A DNA stretch of 64,000 nucleotides from Candidatus Zixiibacteriota bacterium (GTDB lineage Bacteria > Zixibacteria > MSB-5A5 > GN15 > FEB-12), in assembly GCA_035380245.1 (NCBI GenBank), contig DAOSXA010000001.1:358004-422003 (forward strand), given 5' to 3'. The position numbers and the translations under genes are program-made. The notes below the pieces were generated by a model, which did not search any database, was not told the origin of the DNA, and saw only the letters and a program-made list of their open reading frames with translations. Shown here piece after piece: positions 19,551 through 28,185 of this stretch; the first letter of the stretch is position 1; each line of letters starts with the position of its first letter.

Positions 19551-19578
19551 GTAGGCCGGGATCCCTGTGATCCCGGCC
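19551..19578 (+). repeat. REP-like element: GTAG head plus perfect 10-bp-stem hairpin
   Basis: GTAG-GCCGGGATC-cctgt-GATCCCGGCC. An inverted copy with a GCAG head lies at 19848-19876. Partial copies at 20192-20205 and about 18873-18886. Confidence 0.65.
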
Positions 19579-19603
19579 GTTTTGTCGGGAACGGCAAACC
19601 ATA

Positions 19604-19635
19604 GGGCAGGTCCGTCATCGAACCTGCCCTTTTTT
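19604..19635 (+). terminator. Rho-independent terminator after 19018-19527
   Basis: gggcaggt / acctgccc stem with a 10-nt loop, then TTTTTT. Confidence 0.8.
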
Positions 19636-19847
19636 CATAGTTGTTGTCAAAATCTCACTTCGCGATACGCTTTCGGCGGACGGGGGATTTTGACTTACAG
19701 CGTTGCTTCTTGTATTTATACAAACCGCAAATCGCAGAGCTTGCCGGCCTGATCCAATATGCATTTCACCTGTCCCTAATTCCCCCTTGCCCAAATCGCG
19801 ATTCTGTGCTAAATAGAAGTCCGTTGTGATGATGTCGATCTCGGTTC

Positions 19848-20205
19848 GCCGGGATCACAGGGATCCCGGCCTGCGGATTGACTACAAAGCAAGTCACGTA
19901 GGTCGGGTTGCTTGCATGCTTGCAACCTGACACTGCAGAGCAGGTCTCGGAGAGACATACTCTACAAGGATGACTTGTTGAATCGAAAGTCCCACCCGAG
20001 GGGTGGGGCACCGAATCTTGAGTAGGTCAAAAATCGTGTCCGCTGAAGGCGGATCGAAAAGCGAAGTTTTGACAGCAAACGAAGCCTCGGTATGGGGGCA
20101 GACGAGGACGTCTGCCGCCCACACAGGTCTCGGAGAGACATGCGCTACTTCGGGGCAGACGACGTCTGCCGCCCACGAGAACGAATAGATTATCCCGGCC
20201 TGCGG
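19848..20205. repeat. Dense array of about nine short hairpin units (REP-like, several sequence classes)
   Basis: Units are listed by coordinates.
- 19848-19876: gccgggatc/gatcccggc.
- 19898-19931: GTAG + gtcgggttgc...gcaacctgac.
- 19941-19965: gtctc-gga-gagac...CTAC.
- 19991-20008: cccaccc/gggtggg.
- 20039-20053: tccgc/gcgga.
- 20094-20122: ggcagacg/cgtctgcc + CCAC.
- 20124-20148: gtctc-gga-gagac...CTAC.
- 20152-20176: a second ggcagacg-type unit.
- 20192-20205: a half copy. Confidence 0.7.
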
Positions 20206-20234
20206 GAATGACTGCACAGCGAGGAGTAAACACG

Positions 20235-21272
20235 GTGACGAACGAAGACCTCAAAGACCTCGAACAAGCCATAGCCGAACAGGCGAAACTATCGGGATTT
20301 TCCGGCTGCATACTTATTTCCGAAAAAGGCCGACAACTTTACACCGGCGCCTTCGGCTTTGCCAATATCCCCGACGAAATCCCGAACGAGATCGGAACCC
20401 GTTTTGCCGTCGCTTCCGGCAGTAAGGCTTTCACCGCCGTCGCCGTTTTACAGCTAATCGATCAGGGACGGATCAGCCTCGAAACACCGATCAAAGCGGT
20501 GGTTGACGCCGAGTTCCCCAACTTCTCCCTCGACCTCAAGGTTCGCCATCTGTTGACCCACAGCTCCGGCATTAAGGATTATTTCGATGAGGCCGGCGGC
20601 GAGGATTATGAGAATATCTGGAAAGATCGCCCGGTTTACAACTATCGCACGCCGCGCGATTTCCTGCCGCTTTTTCGAGAAAACGGACAGCACTTCGCTC
20701 CGGGTGAAAAATTCAGTTACAACAACGCGGCCTTTATCATTCTGGCGATCATGATCGAGGACCTGGCTCATATGCCATTCCTCGACTATATCCAGTCGTA
20801 TATTTTCGAACCGGCCGACATGACCCGCTCCGGGTATTTCTGCACCGAGCTGCTCCCCGAAAAAACCGCCCGTGGTTATATTGTCGATACCGACGGCCGT
20901 ATGCGCAGCAACATTTTCGCTCTCCCGGTCGTGGGCAGCGGCGACGGCGGCGCATACACCACGGCCGAAGACATGGACAAGTTCTGGAGCGCTTTGCTCG
21001 GACAACGCCTCCTTTCACCGACCCTGACTGAACTGATCGTTACACCGCAAATCGAAGCCAGGGAAGAAGGGGATAATCTTTGGTACGGCCTCGGCGTATG
21101 GCTGCGTCGCGAGCAGGAGAAAACGCTTTCTTACTACGTAACCGGCTGGGACCCCGGGGTGGCCATGATCTCGGAGTATTTGGTCGATTCCGGTCATCAC
21201 GTCTGTCTTCTCAGCAACCAGAACGACGGCGTCTTCCAGCTTTACCGGTCAATCCTCTCACGTCTCAGGTAG
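20235..21272 (+). CDS. Serine hydrolase of the beta-lactamase / penicillin-binding-protein family
   Basis: SxxK (ASGSKAF) and YxN (SYNNAAF) motifs. Start moved to GTG 20235 (GAGGAG 20221-20226, 8-nt spacer). The ORF-track start at 20208 lies inside the repeat array. Confidence 0.85.
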   Translation: MTNEDLKDLEQAIAEQAKLSGFSGCILISEKGRQLYTGAFGFANIPDEIPNEIGTRFAVASGSKAFTAVAVLQLIDQGRISLETPIKAVVDAEFPNFSLDLKVRHLLTHSSGIKDYFDEAGGEDYENIWKDRPVYNYRTPRDFLPLFRENGQHFAPGEKFSYNNAAFIILAIMIEDLAHMPFLDYIQSYIFEPADMTRSGYFCTELLPEKTARGYIVDTDGRMRSNIFALPVVGSGDGGAYTTAEDMDKFWSALLGQRLLSPTLTELIVTPQIEAREEGDNLWYGLGVWLRREQEKTLSYYVTGWDPGVAMISEYLVDSGHHVCLLSNQNDGVFQLYRSILSRLR

Positions 21273-21294
21273 ATCAGGTTCCTCGGAACCTGAT
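21273..21294 (+). terminator. Palindrome immediately after the hydrolase stop (terminator-like, no U-tract)
   Basis: atcaggttcc-tc-ggaacctgat. Confidence 0.4.
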
Positions 21295-21335
21295 ACAAGA
21301 AAGGACGCGGAGCAACGGAACGAGGAAGAAGAATC

Positions 21336-21357
21336 GTAGCGCGGGATCCCCGCCTAC
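21336..21357. repeat. REP-like unit with GTAG...CTAC ends
   Basis: GTAGcgcgggatccccgcCTAC. Further GTAG-containing imperfect hairpins follow up to about 21500 (cgctacgca...tgcgtagc at about 21430-21470). Confidence 0.5.
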
Positions 21358-21657
21358 GAGAGCGTTGAAAAAGACGCACGCGCGGATGTTCAGCAAGACA
21401 CATCTGTAATGCGAGCGACACAAGGCCGCCCGCTACGCAAGGTTAAGGCATTCTAATGCGTAGCAGCGGGGCTTGTCTCCGCCGCGTTGGAGGTTTGTCA
21501 ACAATCCCCTACGAGAATACGTCTGGGCTGCTCTCACATCAAGGCTCCGGCCGTACCGATCCTGAACGCTCGGTGAGTCTTTTTGCTCGACAAAACCTCT
21601 GCCGTCGACTATTCTGAAGTCGGACACATTCTGAATAGAATCCGAGGAGAAGAAACG

Positions 21658-22221
21658 ATGAAGGACAGCCTCAGGGTCGTATCCCTGTCGATGGTACTGA
21701 TTGCCCTGGCGTTGCTTGCCGCCTGTCAAGGTGAACGGGAGAGTCTCACCAATGTCGAGAAGCTGCGGGCCTGGCAGAAGGGTGTCTGGATCAGCGGCTC
21801 CGGGACCTACACCGTCTATACCGACGATCATTATTTCGTAATCTCCAGCGAGGGAGACAGCGCGAATGCCAACCTCTACTTCGCCGCTTCCCAATTGGGT
21901 TTCTACGAACAAGGGATGACCCGTTATCAAACCGTTCGCTTACGCAAAATCCCCCAGGGGAACCCGATATATTGGAAAAAAGAAGGTTTTATCACCAACA
22001 ACATCGAGGTGCGTCAACCGGTCGACACTTCCCTATTCGACAATAGAAGCTGTGTGGTTCAGGATGGGGTAATTTACGACGCGATCATCGAATCGACCGA
22101 CACCTACATCCTCATGGCTACTTGTGGAGGGGACAAGATAAGACTCATGTGCGACGGCCGCTCGGCTTATTTGCCCGCATCGGGCGGTGAATTCTGGTCA
22201 TATCGGGTAGAGACGTTATAG
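21658..22221 (+). CDS. Lipoprotein, unknown function
   Basis: Start moved to ATG 21658 (GGAGAAG RBS). MKDSLRVVSLSMVLIALALLAAC gives a lipobox. The competing antisense ORF 21433-21930 was rejected. Confidence 0.7.
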   Translation: MKDSLRVVSLSMVLIALALLAACQGERESLTNVEKLRAWQKGVWISGSGTYTVYTDDHYFVISSEGDSANANLYFAASQLGFYEQGMTRYQTVRLRKIPQGNPIYWKKEGFITNNIEVRQPVDTSLFDNRSCVVQDGVIYDAIIESTDTYILMATCGGDKIRLMCDGRSAYLPASGGEFWSYRVETL

Positions 22222-22235
22222 ACCGGGAGGGGGAG

Positions 22236-23306
22236 CTATTCCGGTTTCTTGCGGAAAACCGCTTCTATCAGGTGGTGCCGTTCGCGCTCCTCGGAACCGT
22301 ATTGATGTTCCGGGCCAAGTTCTTCGCGATGATAATCCACTTCCCAGCCCTTGAACAGCTCGAGGATTTCATCCGCTTCCAGATAAGTCCGCACCTGGCC
22401 GGTGTCGGTCAGGAAGGAGTTCTTTCCTGACTGCGGCATCCGTTTGTACTTCTCGAAACCGGGGTCTTCGACGCTGAACGTCGTAACGAATACCATGCCG
22501 TCGGGAATCAGCCAGTCACGGCAACGAGTGATGAGATCCTCGATTTCATCGCGCTTGAGAATTTGAAAAAGCCCGTAGAGAAGAATCGCCGAGAACCGGT
22601 CCTCTTCATCAACGACCGTATAGCGGCCGAGGTGAGGCTGAATGTCGAGCTTCTCCGATTCACGAACATCGTTAATCAGGTCGATCGCCACCTGCGACGG
22701 ATCGACAGCCACGACTTCATAGCCACGGCGAGCCAGAAACAGGGCGTTGCGTCCCTGCCCTACCCCGACGTCCAGCACCGGATGTCTTTTATCGATATAA
22801 CGGGCGAAGTCCCGAAGGGTGGGTTCTTCATCGCGACCGAACATATAGGGATTTTTTGTATACGCTTCATCGTAAATCAGGCCGATCTCGTCCGGCGGAT
22901 CGAACCTGGGTGCAAACAGACCGAAATAGCGCTGGTACCATTTCCAGCTCTTGCGCTCGCGTTTGAGCCATTTCTTGAACCGTTGTTCGCGACGTTTGGC
23001 AATCGCGTCGAATTTCTCGATTTTACGCAGGAGAATTTCAAGCGTTTCACGCCGCTCCAGCGCTCGCCGAAACGTATCGTAGTCGGCAATGTTGAAAATA
23101 GTCTGGATAATCGGTTCGAAAAACACCAGCGCCTGCGACCCGATGAAATTCACCGGCTTTGATGATTCAATGACCATTATGGCCGGCGCGGTCATTTTCC
23201 ACGCCACTACCTTGCGTGCGAGTTTGTCCAACACCCGATTCTCATCCTCAGGAATTGGCGGATTGTCCGGATCCAGCAGGGGTATGTTATCGCGGAAAAA
23301 ACTCAC
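22236..23306 (-). CDS. Fusion protein: unknown N-terminal domain plus class-I SAM-dependent methyltransferase
   Basis: 356 aa. The C-terminal half has motif I (VLDVGVGQGRNALFLARRGYEVVAVD; TehB-like). The N-terminal ~130 aa are unrecognised, followed by a Lys/Arg-rich helix (KRREQRFKKWLKRERKSWKW). GTG start overlaps the upstream stop (GTGA). Confidence 0.8.
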   Translation of the reverse strand: MSFFRDNIPLLDPDNPPIPEDENRVLDKLARKVVAWKMTAPAIMVIESSKPVNFIGSQALVFFEPIIQTIFNIADYDTFRRALERRETLEILLRKIEKFDAIAKRREQRFKKWLKRERKSWKWYQRYFGLFAPRFDPPDEIGLIYDEAYTKNPYMFGRDEEPTLRDFARYIDKRHPVLDVGVGQGRNALFLARRGYEVVAVDPSQVAIDLINDVRESEKLDIQPHLGRYTVVDEEDRFSAILLYGLFQILKRDEIEDLITRCRDWLIPDGMVFVTTFSVEDPGFEKYKRMPQSGKNSFLTDTGQVRTYLEADEILELFKGWEVDYHREELGPEHQYGSEERERHHLIEAVFRKKPE

Positions 23307-23806
23307 ACGACATCCCTTACATCATCGAGTTCATCGTCGTCCGGTCCGGCAATGTGCATCTGTACTTCAGCCATGACCTCATCGCGATTGTCGTTGAACA
23401 TAAGATAGATACCACGGAAATTTTCCATCCGCGAGGGGCGAGTGAACGGCGAAAGCAACACCCCGTTTTTATCGGGCCAGCAAGTGCGATACTGTGACCA
23501 GTCCCGCGCGATACGCTGAGTGGTGGTCTTGATAATCACCTGCTTTTCAGTGAAGCGATAGGTCGTGGGAAAATAAAACTTGGCCAGTGACAGCAGCAAG
23601 ATCACCAGCGCAAGAACGGCGAAAGTGCGCGAATAGGTAGTGTAGAACACCGCCGCCGTCACCACGAACACGAACAGCGTCACGATCACGGTCGCTACGG
23701 GACGCTTGCGCATCGGATGACACGTCCATTCGAGAATGACGCGATCCTCGGTATCCTTTTGATCGGCGGGGAGATTGTTGTCGGTCGGACCGGGCTCGTT
23801 AGCCAT
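23303..23806 (-). CDS. Two-TM membrane protein, unknown function (PH-like C-terminal half suspected)
   Basis: Start moved to ATG 23806 (MANEPGP...), 1 nt after the upstream stop. Two adjacent hydrophobic helices (VATVIVTLFVFVVTAAVFY, FAVLALVILLLSLAKFYF). Confidence 0.7.
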   Translation of the reverse strand: MANEPGPTDNNLPADQKDTEDRVILEWTCHPMRKRPVATVIVTLFVFVVTAAVFYTTYSRTFAVLALVILLLSLAKFYFPTTYRFTEKQVIIKTTTQRIARDWSQYRTCWPDKNGVLLSPFTRPSRMENFRGIYLMFNDNRDEVMAEVQMHIAGPDDDELDDVRDVV

Positions 23807-23807
23807 A

Positions 23808-24014
23808 TCAGGACTGGTCAGGTTGGCGATAACGCTCTTTCTTGACCTTCTCCATATATTCCATGAGATCCTTGGCAACGATCAACTTCTTGTCGATCAA
23901 CAGACGCACCAGCGCCTCCTGGGCCAGGTTGTTGGAAAGAACGAGGTCCTCGAAGGTAATATCGCGTTCCTCGCCGTTTATAATCATTTTAAGGGCAACT
24001 TTTCTGTCTTCCAT
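23808..24014 (-). CDS. Small (68 aa) hypothetical protein
   Basis: ATG 24014 is preceded by AAGGGAG 8 nt upstream. Sequence MEDRKVALKMIINGEERDITFEDLVLSNNLAQEALVRLLIDKKLIVAKDLMEYMEKVKKERYRQPDQS. No family recognised. Confidence 0.6.
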   Translation of the reverse strand: MEDRKVALKMIINGEERDITFEDLVLSNNLAQEALVRLLIDKKLIVAKDLMEYMEKVKKERYRQPDQS

Positions 24015-24077
24015 CGTAGAACTCCCTTCCAACGACACCGATCGGGCTTTCTCAGCACGACCTGCGCCGGAGAATGA

Positions 24078-25892
24078 CTACGGTTCTGCGGTCGTCGTTC
24101 CACTCGTTTCACCGGTATTTTCCGGGGTCATCTCATCGAGATCGAGCGGATATGGGTGATCCGAACGGATCTGGTAAAGCGGCATATAAGTGTTTTCGCG
24201 GATTTCACCGAACGTGACAATACCGGCAGCTCCCTCGTAATCCTTGATTGAGGTCAGGCCGTTAGTGAGTTGTTCCGGTTTCCGTCCGTTCTCCGCTGCT
24301 TTTGCGATCAAATTCACGGCATCGTAACCGAGTGCGGCCAGACGTGATGGACGTCCGCCGTAGCGAGTATCGTAGGCTGCGGCAAAATCAAGAAACGCCC
24401 GACTGCGTTCGGCTCCGATGAACGGAGAGGTGAACACCGCATTGCGCGTGACATCATCACCGAGCCGAAGGACCGCATCGTCTCCCCAGCCATCGCTGCC
24501 AAGATAAGCAGCCATCAGTTTGTAGAAACGGATCTGCGGCAAGAGCAGCTTTAGCTGCTGTGAACTGCCCGGCATATAGAGGCAGTCGATAAAAGCCGAA
24601 ACACCGTCCTGGGCAAGTGTATCGCCGTCCGGCGTGACGAAGAAGGTCGAATCGGGATTCGCTCCTAACAGCATCGCCTTGAGGTCGCGCACGTAGGGAC
24701 CGAAGTCGTTATCGCGCGAGCGATAGTATTCCACCGCGAGCACCGTCCCGCCGAGCTTTTCAAAGCGCTGTTGGAACGCCCGGGCCATACGCAGGTGATC
24801 GACCGACGTCGATGTTATAATCGCGGCCGTATCGGCGCCGACGCTGTCCACGGCATATTCCGCCATGCGAATCCCCTGAAGCTCGATGTTGGGCGACATC
24901 TGAAACGCAGTTGAGGACATTTGCGTCAACCCCGCCTGAGTCGCGGCCGGGAACAACAATGGCAATCTGGTGCAAGCCAGTGAAGCTCCCGCCACCGCAG
25001 CGGCTTCGGATGTCAACGGCCCCACCACCGCATCAGGCGGATCATCCTCCGCCAGCGATGCAATCACCCGGGCCGCTTCAACCGGATCTCCCTCGCTGTC
25101 GTGCGTTCCGAGATCGATCACCGTACCTGATTCGCGGAGTTCCTCGGCCGCAATCACCGCCCCGTTGTAGATGTCATCGGCCCAGGTCTGCAGTTCGCCG
25201 CTGAACGGCAGGACAAATGAAATCCGGAGGCCTTGACGTTCCGCTCGATGCGTCTCCTGGCTGAGCAGGTCAGGATCGAGTTGACCGCCGCAGGATTCGA
25301 TCAACCTTCGCGCCGCCGGCAACGAGCCCTTACGTGCTATCGTTTCGGCAACAGCGGTAATCAGACGACATCGCCGGGGTTCGTCGAGACCATCGAACAG
25401 TTTCTCGGAGATGTGAATCTGTGAAGCATTTTCCAGAGCCGCCTTGATCGACGCTTCGGCCAGTTTATCAAGTCGTTGATCGCGCGACTGCTGCAGCGCA
25501 CTCACATACTCCCCAAGTGCTCGCTCGGATTTGCCGGTGCGATAGAGAGCGTTGGCCAGAAAGAAATGGGCGTAGGCTGCCTCGGGACGATCCAAAAACT
25601 GACCGAGATAGAACTCCAGTCCGGCTATTGCCTTATTCAAATCACCGAGATAGTAATCCGCCTTGGCCCGGTTGAACACGAACAGGTCCTGGTTGGGAGA
25701 ATCGGGATACTGACCCGACAGTTGCTCGAACACACGGGCCGCACCGAAGAAATCTCCCTGGCGAAGATAGCGGCGCCCCTGCTCGTAGAGCCTGGTCACC
25801 TCATCGCTGTCTTTGATCTCAGCCAGAACGTTCCCGACAAGCAAAAACGTCATCAATACCAGGAGCGTTGTCTTAATCGGTCGGCTAAACAT
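24078..25892 (-). CDS. Secreted TPR plus type-1 periplasmic-binding-fold protein (LpoA/LppC- or LivK-like architecture)
   Basis: 604 aa with a signal peptide. TPR-like repeats fill the first ~200 aa and a PBP1-like region the rest. The ATG overlaps the upstream stop by 1 nt (TGATG). Confidence 0.75.
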   Translation of the reverse strand: MFSRPIKTTLLVLMTFLLVGNVLAEIKDSDEVTRLYEQGRRYLRQGDFFGAARVFEQLSGQYPDSPNQDLFVFNRAKADYYLGDLNKAIAGLEFYLGQFLDRPEAAYAHFFLANALYRTGKSERALGEYVSALQQSRDQRLDKLAEASIKAALENASQIHISEKLFDGLDEPRRCRLITAVAETIARKGSLPAARRLIESCGGQLDPDLLSQETHRAERQGLRISFVLPFSGELQTWADDIYNGAVIAAEELRESGTVIDLGTHDSEGDPVEAARVIASLAEDDPPDAVVGPLTSEAAAVAGASLACTRLPLLFPAATQAGLTQMSSTAFQMSPNIELQGIRMAEYAVDSVGADTAAIITSTSVDHLRMARAFQQRFEKLGGTVLAVEYYRSRDNDFGPYVRDLKAMLLGANPDSTFFVTPDGDTLAQDGVSAFIDCLYMPGSSQQLKLLLPQIRFYKLMAAYLGSDGWGDDAVLRLGDDVTRNAVFTSPFIGAERSRAFLDFAAAYDTRYGGRPSRLAALGYDAVNLIAKAAENGRKPEQLTNGLTSIKDYEGAAGIVTFGEIRENTYMPLYQIRSDHPYPLDLDEMTPENTGETSGTTTAEP

Positions 25893-26398
25893 CAGAGTGA
25901 GTATTTCCCAAAGTCTTCGGGGTTAATCCGTCTCAGCCGTTCGCGCAAAGATTCGGGATCGGTCGGCATCGGCGGTTCCTCACTCGGGGATTCCTCGCTG
26001 TCGCCGGCCCGATCGGCAAAAAGCTGATCGTTGACGAAGATTTTCGCGTTCATCTTCAGCGCCAGAGCAATCGAATCCGAAGGACGAGCATCGATCACGA
26101 TCTCCCTGCCGTTGCAGGACAGATAGATCTTGGCATAAAACGTCTGCTCCCGCAACTCGGTGACCTCTATTTTAACCATGCGGGCATCAAGTTCGTTGAT
26201 CACCGTCTTAAGCAGGTCATAAGTGAGCGGGCGTTTCGACGTCACACCGGAAAGCTGCATTGCTATCCCCCAGGCCTCGGCATGACCGATCCATATCGGC
26301 AGGACTTTTTCGATCCCGATGGGTGAAAGAATCACTACCGGTGAATTGGTGGTCATGTCGAGGGCCAAACCCTCGACTTTGGCTTCAAGCATCTGCAT
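25892..26398 (-). CDS. Bifunctional nuclease (BFN/DUF151) domain protein
   Basis: 168 aa with PVVILSPIGIEKVLPIWIGHAEAWGIA...RPLTYDLL...IDARPSDSIALAL, typical of PF02577. Confidence 0.8.
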   Translation of the reverse strand: MQMLEAKVEGLALDMTTNSPVVILSPIGIEKVLPIWIGHAEAWGIAMQLSGVTSKRPLTYDLLKTVINELDARMVKIEVTELREQTFYAKIYLSCNGREIVIDARPSDSIALALKMNAKIFVNDQLFADRAGDSEESPSEEPPMPTDPESLRERLRRINPEDFGKYSL

Positions 26399-26400
26399 CG

Positions 26401-26847
26401 TCAGGACTTTTTAACCACCCACAGCTTCAAGTTGGCTGATACCGACTTCTCGATCTTGATCGGTATAGTGTAAACGCCAAGCGCTTTGAGCGGCGCCTCC
26501 AGTTCGATCTGGTTCTTGGGGATCTGCACACCCTCTTTAGCCAGGAGTTCCATGATATCGTGAACTCCGACCGAACCAAATACTTTGTCCTCGTCGCCGA
26601 CCAGGACCTCGGCCGACAGCTCGAGCTGCTCGATACGATCCCGAATCACCTCGGCCTGCTTACGCGCCTTGCGGTCACGAGCGACTTTCTGGCGGGTGAC
26701 TTCGTCAATCGCCCGCAGATTGGCTTTGGTCGCGGGAATCGCCAGGTTGCGCGGCATAAGGTAATTGCGACCGTAGCCGTTTTTTACCTCAACCGTGTCG
26801 CCGGCCTTACCCAGGTCAGCGATATCTTCTTTCAAAATCACTTTCAT
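26401..26847 (-). CDS. rplI: 50S ribosomal protein L9
   Basis: MKVILKEDIADLGKAGDTVEVKNGYGRNYLMPRNLA. Confidence 0.97.
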   Translation of the reverse strand: MKVILKEDIADLGKAGDTVEVKNGYGRNYLMPRNLAIPATKANLRAIDEVTRQKVARDRKARKQAEVIRDRIEQLELSAEVLVGDEDKVFGSVGVHDIMELLAKEGVQIPKNQIELEAPLKALGVYTIPIKIEKSVSANLKLWVVKKS

Positions 26848-26887
26848 GGTATAACCTCAAACATTTGTTGGCAACTAGATTAACTTC

Positions 26888-27853
26888 CTATGCTTCTTCG
26901 GCGTCGGCAGCCTCGGCTCGGCTGCGCCAGTCGGCGAAACTATCGATAAATCCCAATATGGCGGCCGTTACGAAACCGGCCAGTTGCGTGAAGAATAACA
27001 GCACATAGAAAATAACCTTGAGCAGGCGCGAGATATGCAGCCGACCAAGATAGTACTCTACCAATGCCAGACCTCCAACGCAGTAATAAACCGAAAGTCC
27101 CACCAGTACGTTGTCGGCCACCAATTGCAGCGATTCCCCGCCCAGCAAACGAGCGGCGGCAGCCGCAATCACTACCGGCGTGAAACCGAACGGTACGTGC
27201 CAGGTCGTGAACGGTGATCGACAAGCCAGCGCCGGATTGGCGCGATCTGCCTGGTGAACGAACCAGAGATAGCCGACGGTGAACGGCGCCAGCGAACCCA
27301 ACAGGGTTGAAGCCGGCATCAAACGGATTACCAGATCGACCATCCGGCTCATTTGACCGGACAGCTTTATCGCCGTCTCTTCGTTGTAGCCGAATGTTTG
27401 TAAAAGCGACGGCATTTCCGCCAATTTAGGTTTCCAGACCTCGGTCGCCGCGGCCATAGCTTCGGGCCAGATCGACCAGTACTGACCGACGGCGAACAGT
27501 GCCACGGCCAGTGTACCGAGGATGAATACCCTCGATTGAGCATAACCCAATCCGGTCATAATTCCGACAATAACGCCTCCGCACAGCACCATACCCATGC
27601 CGGTCAGAACACTCCAGAATCCTGTGGTTCCTGCCAGCAGGAAGCCCACCATCACCGCCAGCGCAGAACTGATCCATAACAGAACCGTTTGTCCGGCCAG
27701 AGCGAGACGGGCAACAAAGAAATAGACGCAAATCGAAACGAAGTAGGTCAAAGCTGCCAGAGCCGTAGCCGTTGGCATGGACAAACTACCCACTCCGCTT
27801 CCAAAAAGCAGAATGGCGTAAACCGGAATCGCAGCCGCCATGACAAACATCAT
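26888..27853 (-). CDS. DUF2232 (YybS-like) polytopic membrane protein
   Basis: Multi-TM protein in the conserved rpsR-yybS-rplI position. The ORF-track start (27958) overlaps rpsR by 50 nt, so ATG 27853 (MMFVMAAAIPVY) or GTG 27880 is more likely. The start is uncertain. Confidence 0.65.
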   Translation of the reverse strand: MMFVMAAAIPVYAILLFGSGVGSLSMPTATALAALTYFVSICVYFFVARLALAGQTVLLWISSALAVMVGFLLAGTTGFWSVLTGMGMVLCGGVIVGIMTGLGYAQSRVFILGTLAVALFAVGQYWSIWPEAMAAATEVWKPKLAEMPSLLQTFGYNEETAIKLSGQMSRMVDLVIRLMPASTLLGSLAPFTVGYLWFVHQADRANPALACRSPFTTWHVPFGFTPVVIAAAAARLLGGESLQLVADNVLVGLSVYYCVGGLALVEYYLGRLHISRLLKVIFYVLLFFTQLAGFVTAAILGFIDSFADWRSRAEAADAEEA

Positions 27854-27908
27854 CCACGAGCTGTGGTCGCGACGGGACACGCTTTCGGTGACGCCGGATG
27901 GTGCTTGA

Positions 27909-28136
27909 TCAGCGATAGGATTCACTTTCAAATGCCATAACAGCCAGCACGCGGGCACGCTTGATGGCCTGGGTTAACATGCGCTGATGCTTGGCACAAG
28001 TGCCGGAGACACGACGCGGGATAATCTTACCGCGTTCGTTGACGAAACGACGCATGGTCCGCTCGTCTTTGTAATTGACGTAATTGATCTTGTTTTCGCA
28101 AAAGCGACAGATCTTACGTTTTCTATGAACTGCCAT
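27909..28136 (-). CDS. rpsR: 30S ribosomal protein S18
   Basis: RKICRFCENKINYVNYKDERTMRRFVNERGKIIPRRVSGTCAKHQRMLTQAIKRARVLA. Confidence 0.97.
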   Translation of the reverse strand: MAVHRKRKICRFCENKINYVNYKDERTMRRFVNERGKIIPRRVSGTCAKHQRMLTQAIKRARVLAVMAFESESYR

Positions 28137-28185
28137 TTCTTAAATCCTTTGTCTGTTTTTACGATGAACGAGGGAACTCCGCCAA

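Noticed and set aside
19848-20205. Hairpin array considered as a CRISPR array
   Set aside because: The units differ in sequence and length, there is no constant repeat alternating with unique spacers of fixed size, and there are no cas genes in the window.
21433-21930. 165-aa minus-strand ORF
   Set aside because: It overlaps the well-signalled lipoprotein gene (RBS + lipobox) on the opposite strand, and its 5' part runs through the repeat-bearing spacer. It has no RBS or domain.
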